A stretch of 64,000 bases of DNA, from the NCBI GenBank assembly GCA_031401235.1, contig JANNRJ010000004.1:3311-67310 (forward strand), in the 5' to 3' direction. Shown piece after piece: positions 57,508 to 64,000 of this stretch. The notes beneath the pieces are model-generated. The model was not told the origin of the DNA. It was given only the letters and a program-made list of their open reading frames with translations, and made no database searches. The translations under genes were made by a program, and so were the position numbers. Position 1 is the stretch's first letter. Each line of letters starts with the position of its first letter. Source of the stretch: Actinomycetota bacterium. GTDB taxonomy: Bacteria; Actinomycetota; Acidimicrobiia; Acidimicrobiales; Ilumatobacteraceae.

Positions 57508-58542
57508 CTACTCGAGAACGGTCTGCGCGGTCAGACCTTTCATGGCTTCAATGTTGTCGAGGGTGAGTCCGGCTCCAAGAACAACTGAGTACAGCGGTTC
57601 AGGCGCAAGATAGGCATGAATACCTGTTTCAAAAGTGGCTCTCTCGGTAAGTCCGGCCAGAAGCGATCCGCCGCCAGAGAGTACGAGGCCTTGTCCGATG
57701 ATGTCAGCGGCCAGTTCAGGTGGAGTTCGCTCCAGAGTCATCTTTATCGCATCAATAATTGCCGTCACGGGTTCATCAAGGGCCGCGCGAACATCATTTG
57801 TGGTAATTGCCTGCGTGCGCGGCAAGCCAGAATCAACATCGCGACCACCAACGTCGGCGGTGATTTCTTCCGCCAGAGGCCACGCTGATCCAATCTGAAT
57901 TTTCACTTCTTCCGCCGTGTTGTCGCCGATATCTAAATTGAACTCTTTGCGAAACATCGCCACAATCGCGTCATTCATCTCATCTCCCGCGACACGAGCA
58001 GAATGTGCAGTAACGATTCCACCCATCGAAATCACGGCAACTTCGGTGGTGCCACCACCGATATCAACAATCATATTTGCACTCGGCAAATGCACTGGTA
58101 GGCCGGCACCGATTGCCGCGGCCATCGGCTCTTCAATGATGTATACGGGTCGGCGAGCACCGGCGAATTGGGCCGCATCTTGAACCGCCCGACGTTCGAC
58201 ACCCGTAACTTCAGACGGTACGCAAATGATCATCCGCGGTTTATTCCACTTGCTCGAATGAACTTTTTGAATGAAATAACGCAACATTTTTTCGCAGATT
58301 TCAAAGTCGGCAATTACACCATCTTTCAGCGGTCGAACGATTCGAATGCTCTTCGGGGCCCGACCCCACATCCGCTTGGCTTCCAACCCAACTGCCACCA
58401 GTTGTCCGGTTCGGTTGTCCACCGCAACGGTGGAAGGTTCATCAAGAACGATGCCTTCGCCCTTCACGTAAATGAGAGTGTTCGCAGTACCTAAATCGAT
58501 GGCAATATCGCGACCAAGAGATAATGCATTACCACGAACCAT
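57508..58542 (-). CDS. mreB: rod shape-determining protein MreB
   Basis: 344 aa actin-fold protein with DLGTANT, DIGGGTTEVAV and LSGGG. Confidence 0.96.
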   Translation of the reverse strand: MVRGNALSLGRDIAIDLGTANTLIYVKGEGIVLDEPSTVAVDNRTGQLVAVGLEAKRMWGRAPKSIRIVRPLKDGVIADFEICEKMLRYFIQKVHSSKWNKPRMIICVPSEVTGVERRAVQDAAQFAGARRPVYIIEEPMAAAIGAGLPVHLPSANMIVDIGGGTTEVAVISMGGIVTAHSARVAGDEMNDAIVAMFRKEFNLDIGDNTAEEVKIQIGSAWPLAEEITADVGGRDVDSGLPRTQAITTNDVRAALDEPVTAIIDAIKMTLERTPPELAADIIGQGLVLSGGGSLLAGLTERATFETGIHAYLAPEPLYSVVLGAGLTLDNIEAMKGLTAQTVLE

Positions 58543-58598
58543 TTTGCAAACTCCTTGACGCTGATCGTTTTCGATCGCGCCACATCGATGTTGTAATT

Positions 58599-59012
58599 CT
58601 ACTGAAGATTCGGAAAGAAGATTCCGATCTCACGCTCGGCCGAGGCGGCCGAATCACTCCCATGAACCAGGTTTTCGGTAAAAATCGTGCCCAGATCACC
58701 TCGAATAGTTCCTGGTGCCGCATCACGCGGATTTGTGGCTCCCATCATCGCCCGAACTATTTGCCAAGTGTCCTCAGGGCCCTCCACAACTATGGCAACA
58801 ATTGGTCCTCGTGACATGAACGCCACAAGGTCACTATAAAAAGCCTTGCCTTTGTGTTCTTCGTAATGGCGCTCGAGGATCGCCGCGTCTAATTGACGAG
58901 TTTGCAGCGCGACAATCGTCAGGCCTTTATTTTCAAAACGCGAGACTATGTCGCCGACTAATCCTCGTTCAACGGCGTCTGGTTTGAGGAGTACGAGAGT
59001 TCGATTTGTCAC
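58599..59012 (-). CDS. ndk: nucleoside-diphosphate kinase
   Basis: 137 aa. RTLVLLKPDAV and catalytic NLVHGSDS. Confidence 0.96.
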   Translation of the reverse strand: MTNRTLVLLKPDAVERGLVGDIVSRFENKGLTIVALQTRQLDAAILERHYEEHKGKAFYSDLVAFMSRGPIVAIVVEGPEDTWQIVRAMMGATNPRDAAPGTIRGDLGTIFTENLVHGSDSAASAEREIGIFFPNLQ

Positions 59013-59015
59013 TCG

Positions 59016-60314
59016 CTAAATGCTACTGGCGTTTCGTAAATATGTGCGTGCAGCACCGACCACATATAGAGAACCGGCAACAAGGACAGCGTCATCTTTT
59101 CTTGCCAAATGCAATGCGCGCTCGCATGCCTGCTCGACTGAATCAGCAACTTCAACATCATCGCAGCCCATGGCGTGCGCCGCCTCGGCAACAATGCCAG
59201 CCGACAAACCTCGCGGCGATGGCGCAGTACAACACACAACAAGATCAAAATCATCGGCACGCAGTGCCGAAAGCATTGAATTTGGTTCTCGACTATTTAA
59301 CATTCCAACTACGAGAATTCGTCGGCCTTGGGGATCGAAGTCTTCGAAAAAAACCTGAGCACATACTTCGGCTCCGGCAGGATTATGTGCTCCATCAATA
59401 ACGACGAGTGGTTGGCGTTTCATCACTTCGAATCGTCCCGGCATATCACTATTGGCAAATCCTTCAATGATGATGTCACGAGTCAATGGCGCGTCAAAGA
59501 ACTCTTCGACAGCCATAATCGCCAGCGACGCGTTGTCACCTTGATGCCGTCCATTCAAAGGCAGTACAAGTTCGCCATAAGTTCCTCGCGGAGTTCGGAC
59601 ATCGAGTAGTCGCCCACCTACGGCTAACTGGTTATCGAGACAATCAAAGTCATCTCCGCGAAGAAGTACTCGCGCCGCGCCAGCAGAATTCCATATCGAC
59701 CGCAATTCGAAATTTGTGTCCCCAACAACAAGTGAACTGTTGGATTTAGCGATGCCGACCTTTTCCCGTGCGATATCTTCCAACAATGGTCCGGCGAACT
59801 CGACATGATCAAGGTCGATGTTTGTGATCACCGCAACATCGGAATTGACCACATTGGTCGCGTCCCACCGACCAAGCATTCCCACCTCGACTACAGCTAC
59901 ATCGACTGCCGAATCGGCGAAGTATCGAAACCCTGCTGCGGTCATGATTTCGAAATATGACGGACGCACACCTGCCAACATTTCAATGTCGGCAATTGCT
60001 CCTACGTTTGTCCCGAAGTCTTCATCGCCGATTGGTGTTCCGTTGTATGAAATTCGTTCATTTAGTCGCTCAAGATGCGGGCTCGTATATGTACCGACGC
60101 TTAGTCCGTGGGCCATTAGCAACCGAGTGATTATTTGAGTAGTGGAACCCTTGCCGTTTGTACCGGTGACGTGCACGACCGGATAATTCAGTTGTGGATT
60201 GGCAATCTGATCCATAAGCCGAGAGATGTTGACTAACGAGGGAGACTCGACCCGACCGGTCTTTTCATAACTGGCGTGTTGGTCGAGGTAGCGCAGCGCC
60301 TCCGCGTATTGCAT
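59016..60314 (-). CDS. folC: bifunctional folylpolyglutamate synthase / dihydrofolate synthase
   Basis: Mur-ligase-like P-loop VTGTNGKGST and TSPHL motif. Confidence 0.9.
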   Translation of the reverse strand: MQYAEALRYLDQHASYEKTGRVESPSLVNISRLMDQIANPQLNYPVVHVTGTNGKGSTTQIITRLLMAHGLSVGTYTSPHLERLNERISYNGTPIGDEDFGTNVGAIADIEMLAGVRPSYFEIMTAAGFRYFADSAVDVAVVEVGMLGRWDATNVVNSDVAVITNIDLDHVEFAGPLLEDIAREKVGIAKSNSSLVVGDTNFELRSIWNSAGAARVLLRGDDFDCLDNQLAVGGRLLDVRTPRGTYGELVLPLNGRHQGDNASLAIMAVEEFFDAPLTRDIIIEGFANSDMPGRFEVMKRQPLVVIDGAHNPAGAEVCAQVFFEDFDPQGRRILVVGMLNSREPNSMLSALRADDFDLVVCCTAPSPRGLSAGIVAEAAHAMGCDDVEVADSVEQACERALHLARKDDAVLVAGSLYVVGAARTYLRNASSI

Positions 60315-60330
60315 CAGCGAAAATTAAGAA

Positions 60331-61608
60331 CTAGGACGCTGCTCGACGCTGCCGCGTGACGCGAGTATTACGCGCAACCATCGTCGGGCTCGCCGAGCCG
60401 ATGACGGAATCTACATCAACAACAACCTTGGCTATATCTGTTCGACCGGGCAACTCGTACATCACATTGAGCAGTACTTCTTCAAGAATCGCTCGTAATC
60501 CACGGGCCCCTGTACCTCGCTTTAAAGCCTGATCGGCGATCGCATCCAGCGCTGGCTTAGTGATCTCCAGTTCAACATCTTCGAATTCAAAAAACTTCTG
60601 ATACTGCTTGAGTAGCGCATTTTTTGGCTCGGTAAGTATTTGAATTAGTGCTCCTCGATCAAGGCTATGCACCGCCCCAATCATCGGCAATCGACCAACG
60701 AATTCGGGAATCATGCCGAATTTCAACAGATCTTCGGGCATCACCTGAGCGAACAATTCGCCGGCATCTTTTTCAGCTTTGGATCGAACTTGGGCATGGA
60801 AGCCGACACCTTTATGACCAATTCGAGTGCCAATTATCTGCTCGAGCCCAGAAAACGCCCCGCCGACGATGAACAGCACATTGGTGGTGTCGATTTGGAT
60901 GAATTCTTGGTGCGGGTGTTTGCGGCCACCTTGTGGCGGAACCGAGGCAACCGTGCCCTCAAGTATTTTGAGTAGCGCCTGTTGCACTCCTTCACCGGAC
61001 ACATCTCGGGTAATCGATGGGTTCTCGCTCTTGCGCGCCACTTTATCAATTTCGTCGATGTAGACAATGCCCGTTTCAGCTTTCTTCACATCAAAGTCAG
61101 CGGCTTGTAACAATTTGAGCAATATGTTTTCGACGTCTTCACCTACATATCCCGCCTCCGTAAGTGCGGTTGCATCTGCGATGGCGAACGGAACATTAAG
61201 CATTCGAGCAAGTGTTTGGGCCATATGCGTCTTACCGCAGCCAGTTGGTCCAAGTAGCAAAATATTACTTTTTTGAAGTTCAACTTCATCGTTGCGCGAT
61301 GTCCCTGCTGATCGATAGCGAATGCGTCGATAGTGATTGAACACGGCAACCGACAAAACCTTCTTGGCCTGCTCCTGACCGACGACATATTCATCTAGAA
61401 ACGCCCGGATTTCCCGTGGAGTCGGAAGTTGTTCGATTCCAACTTCGGCAGTCGTGGTGAATTCCTCTTCGATAATTTCATTGCACAAGTCGATGCACTC
61501 GTCGCAAATGTAGACACCCGGGCCAGCGATGAGTTTCTTGACCTGCTTTTGCGACTTGCCGCAAAAGGAACACTTCACCAATTCTGCTGAGTCACCAAAT
61601 TTTGCCAT
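60331..61608 (-). CDS. clpX: ATP-dependent Clp protease ATP-binding subunit ClpX
   Basis: N-terminal zinc ribbon CSFCGK...CDECI, Walker [17 protein letters not shown] pore loop, and Walker [10 protein letters not shown]. Confidence 0.97.
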   Translation of the reverse strand: MAKFGDSAELVKCSFCGKSQKQVKKLIAGPGVYICDECIDLCNEIIEEEFTTTAEVGIEQLPTPREIRAFLDEYVVGQEQAKKVLSVAVFNHYRRIRYRSAGTSRNDEVELQKSNILLLGPTGCGKTHMAQTLARMLNVPFAIADATALTEAGYVGEDVENILLKLLQAADFDVKKAETGIVYIDEIDKVARKSENPSITRDVSGEGVQQALLKILEGTVASVPPQGGRKHPHQEFIQIDTTNVLFIVGGAFSGLEQIIGTRIGHKGVGFHAQVRSKAEKDAGELFAQVMPEDLLKFGMIPEFVGRLPMIGAVHSLDRGALIQILTEPKNALLKQYQKFFEFEDVELEITKPALDAIADQALKRGTGARGLRAILEEVLLNVMYELPGRTDIAKVVVDVDSVIGSASPTMVARNTRVTRQRRAAS

Positions 61609-61625
61609 GATCGTGTCGAACTATC

Positions 61626-62282
61626 TCAACGAATCGGTCCGGTTTTATCGGACAAGGTTCGCGAGGTGATTATTTCATCGATGACCCCGTACTCGAGAGC
61701 ATCTTTAGCTTCCAAAACAAAATCGCGATCTGTATCAATATGAATTCGCTCGGTGGACTGTCCGGTGTGCTTCGACAAAATTTGTTCCATCAGCTCACGC
61801 ATGCGCAATATTTCGCGCGCTGCGATCTCCAGATCGGTCACCTGGGCGTAATCCATTTGACCATAAGGCTGGTGCAGCAAGACACGCGCATGCGGTAGCG
61901 CCAATCGCTTGCCTTTCGTCCCAGCGGCCAACAACACGGCCGCCGCTGACGCTGCCTGACCCATGCAAATAGTGGCGATGTCGTTTTTGATAAATTGCAT
62001 AGTGTCGTAAATGGCGAATAACGCGGTGATGTCGCCACCGGGACTATTGATATAGATGTTGATGTCTTTGTCGGGGTTTTCGCTCTCTAGATGAATAAGT
62101 TGAGCGCAGATGAGATTGGCAATGGTGTCATCAATTGGTGTGCCCAAAATGATGATGTTCTCTTTGAGTAATCGGCTGTAAAGGTCGTAGACGCGCTCGC
62201 CACGGCTCGTTTGCTCGGTGACATTCGGAACGTAATAGTTCCGCATGATGTTGTTATCGCGCATTACGTTGTTATCGCGCAT
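61626..62282 (-). CDS. clpP: ATP-dependent Clp protease proteolytic subunit
   Basis: [15 protein letters not shown], catalytic-Ser motif GQAASAAA, and [11 protein letters not shown]. The first ATG at 62282 has AAGGAG 8 nt upstream. Two further in-frame ATGs (62264, 62246) arise from a tandem duplication. Confidence 0.95.
   Translation of the reverse strand: MRDNNVMRDNNIMRNYYVPNVTEQTSRGERVYDLYSRLLKENIIILGTPIDDTIANLICAQLIHLESENPDKDINIYINSPGGDITALFAIYDTMQFIKNDIATICMGQAASAAAVLLAAGTKGKRLALPHARVLLHQPYGQMDYAQVTDLEIAAREILRMRELMEQILSKHTGQSTERIHIDTDRDFVLEAKDALEYGVIDEIITSRTLSDKTGPIR
62250..62282. repeat. 18-nt-period tandem duplication at the clpP start (2 x GTTGTTATCGCGCAT)
   Basis: Perfect 15-nt copies at 62250-62264 and 62268-62282. 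On the coding strand this reads ATGCGCGATAACAAC twice, giving [17 protein letters not shown]. Confidence 0.85.
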
Positions 62283-62306
62283 TATTTGGACTCCTTGAGG
62301 GTTCGT

Positions 62307-63677
62307 CTAAATAGTAGTTGCGTCCTTGGGCTTGTCTGTGGACTCTTCTTGAGAACCATCACTAAACATCACACTGGCATTGATTTCATGGCCATCGGGA
62401 TCGACAAGTGTCGTGTTGTGAAGTAGCCAATCAATTGCTTTCGACTTGCGAATTTGCGCTTTGAGTTCTGCGACCGCGTCGTTTTGTTCGTACGCCTTGC
62501 GCACTTGTTGCACCTTGCGCCCAACTTGGATCGCAATGCGCTGAAACTCGGCGTCAATATCGTCATCGTCGGCGACAATGCTTTCATTGACTGCAACGGC
62601 CCTCAGAGCCAGATCAACTCTCACGGCCGTTTGCGATTGTTCTCGCAATGTCTCAATGAACGCTTCGGTGGACTGACCAGTTGCCGACAGCCACTGCTCG
62701 AGAGCAACACCTTGAGCTTTGAATTGCTCAACTGTATTTCTTACTCGCGACTGTAAATCACTTGCCACCATCGCCTCGGGTACTTCAATTGAGACAAGTC
62801 CACCAAGAGCATTGGTGGTGCGTTCAACGAACACGTTTCGTGCCTGATTCAACTTCATCGATTCCAAACGGGTCCGAATAGATAGCTTCCAGGCATCAAG
62901 CGAGTCGAATTCGGCTACATGCTCAGAGACCCAATCATCGGACAATTCATCAAGTTGCATTTCCTGAATCTTCTTAACATTGATCGTCATCTCGGCCACA
63001 CCCGTGGTTCCGTTCGGTGCCTCTGAATACTCAATGTGTTGATTCAATGTCGCGCCAATCAGTTTGCTGTCAAAACTTTCTGACACCCATCCCTTGCCAA
63101 CTTCGTACAGCCAATCCTCCACGTTGAGTCCCGGCACGGGAGTTCCTTCGCGAATACCGGAGATGTCGAGAGTGACTTGATCGCCGATGACAATTGCTCG
63201 ATCAACATCTTTGAGTGTTCCATGGCGACGACGCTCGGAATTGATGACTTCGTCAATGTCGTTGTCAGTGACTACTAGTGACGGCAACTCGACTCGCAAA
63301 CCGTTGTAGCCAGGAACGGAAACTTCAGGTCGTACTTCGCAGGTCGCATCGAAAGCGATCGGACCATCTGTTTCACCATTGGTGATCTGAATCTGTGGAG
63401 TAGCAATCAGGTCGATGTCATGCTCTCGAACTGCCACTGAAAGGTATTCGGGAATCGCATCTTGGATCGCTTGCGAGCGTGCGGCGCCAAGACCAATTTG
63501 CGCCTGGAGTAATTGACGTGGGGCCTTGCCCGGGCGAAAACCTGGGACGCGGACTTCTTTGGCTATCTTGCGGAACGCTTGATCGATATTGCGGTCGAAT
63601 TCCACCTCGTCAATTTCTATGGAAACTTTGACTTTGTTGCCTTCAAGGGTCTCAATGATGCTTTTCACAGAGCGCAA
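62307..63677 (-). CDS. tig: trigger factor
   Basis: 456 aa. N-terminal ribosome-binding motif (VPGFRPGKAP), a central FKBP-like domain and a C-terminal arm domain. Confidence 0.93.
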   Translation of the reverse strand: MRSVKSIIETLEGNKVKVSIEIDEVEFDRNIDQAFRKIAKEVRVPGFRPGKAPRQLLQAQIGLGAARSQAIQDAIPEYLSVAVREHDIDLIATPQIQITNGETDGPIAFDATCEVRPEVSVPGYNGLRVELPSLVVTDNDIDEVINSERRRHGTLKDVDRAIVIGDQVTLDISGIREGTPVPGLNVEDWLYEVGKGWVSESFDSKLIGATLNQHIEYSEAPNGTTGVAEMTINVKKIQEMQLDELSDDWVSEHVAEFDSLDAWKLSIRTRLESMKLNQARNVFVERTTNALGGLVSIEVPEAMVASDLQSRVRNTVEQFKAQGVALEQWLSATGQSTEAFIETLREQSQTAVRVDLALRAVAVNESIVADDDDIDAEFQRIAIQVGRKVQQVRKAYEQNDAVAELKAQIRKSKAIDWLLHNTTLVDPDGHEINASVMFSDGSQEESTDKPKDATTI

Positions 63678-63695
63678 AGTGTACCCTTTTCATCT

Positions 63696-63968
63696 GTGAC
63701 AGCCTCGTGGAAACCGCATGTCTTGGCGTTTCCACATCCCGATCAAATCAACCTAAAAATTGGTGATGTCGTTGAGACCATCGTTGACCTTGCTGAAATT
63801 CCAACAGGTTCCGAAGGAAAAATAATTCTAGCCAACGGCTTCAACTGGCTCCGCTACCGCGTACGTTTTTCAAACGGCACAGAAATTGCAGATCTTGACC
63901 AACGACATTTCAAGCCAATTGGTAAGACTGCACGACGTTTAGCCAAAGCATCAAAGCGCAATACGTAA
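63696..63968 (+). CDS. hypothetical small protein
   Basis: This is the part of track ORF 63513-63968 that lies outside tig. Candidate starts are the GTG at 63696 or the TTG at 63723. No family recognised and no clear RBS. Confidence 0.3.
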   Translation: MTASWKPHVLAFPHPDQINLKIGDVVETIVDLAEIPTGSEGKIILANGFNWLRYRVRFSNGTEIADLDQRHFKPIGKTARRLAKASKRNT

Positions 63969-64000
63969 GCGGTGAACTCCCTAGACATACGCCATCGCTT

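Noticed and set aside
1-64000. Looked for CRISPR arrays, tRNA/rRNA genes, transposases or integrases, long terminal or direct repeats, and toxin-antitoxin or restriction-type modules
   Set aside because: None was seen. Every gap over 100 nt (14496-14609, 27736-27988, 28409-28587, 29940-30212, 34136-34260, 52451-52573) was read by eye and contains only the leader or promoter features described above. This was a by-eye scan, so small ncRNAs could have been missed.

Overview
This window looks like conserved core chromosome from a streamlined, moderate-GC actinobacterium. The actinobacterial signature set is the Bpa proteasome activator, SepF without FtsA, a DdbA-like histone-H1/DksA protein, an MtrAB-like two-component pair and a DUF3040 protein. 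Gene order parallels what I recall from Streptomyces and Mycobacterium. I call about 63 CDS. The window is almost entirely coding, mostly on the minus strand, with many 4-nt ATGA start/stop overlaps. Contents left to right: (1) dnaE, bpa, an AlkP-family protein, an Rrf2 regulator, rluD-like, lspA, ddbA-like, ileS. (2) yggT-sepF-yggS-ftsZ followed by the dcw cluster: murB::ftsQ fusion, murC, murG, ftsW, murD, mraY, murE, ftsI, ftsL, rsmH, mraZ. (3) A metabolic and miscellaneous stretch: VOC protein, MDR oxidoreductase, BPL/LplA-family protein, HNH nuclease, acyl-CoA dehydrogenase, ROK kinase, DUF3040, dinB, an IMPase-family protein, the mtrAB-like pair, glpK. (4) A GMC oxidoreductase / histidine phosphatase / VWA(CoxE) / MoxR operon. 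(5) murJ, proB, obg, dgt-like, rpmA, rplU, rne. (6) rodA-pbp2-mreDCB, ndk, folC, clpX, clpP, tig. I found no tRNA or rRNA, CRISPR array, transposase or integrase, prophage genes, or recognisable defence or toxin modules, so I cannot support a claim of a novel accessory system here. The features most worth a second look are these: an uninterrupted MurB-FtsQ fusion ORF; murF missing from the dcw cluster; four phased GTGGGG (MraZ-box-like) repeats upstream of mraZ; a 253-nt mraZ-rsmH spacer with a 23-bp sense-strand-specific helix; a Cys-less DdbA-like protein; a 53-codon lipoprotein ORF in the position where LpqB is expected; and small tandem repeats before ftsZ and at the clpP start. All family calls come from reading motifs in the translations, not from database searches.
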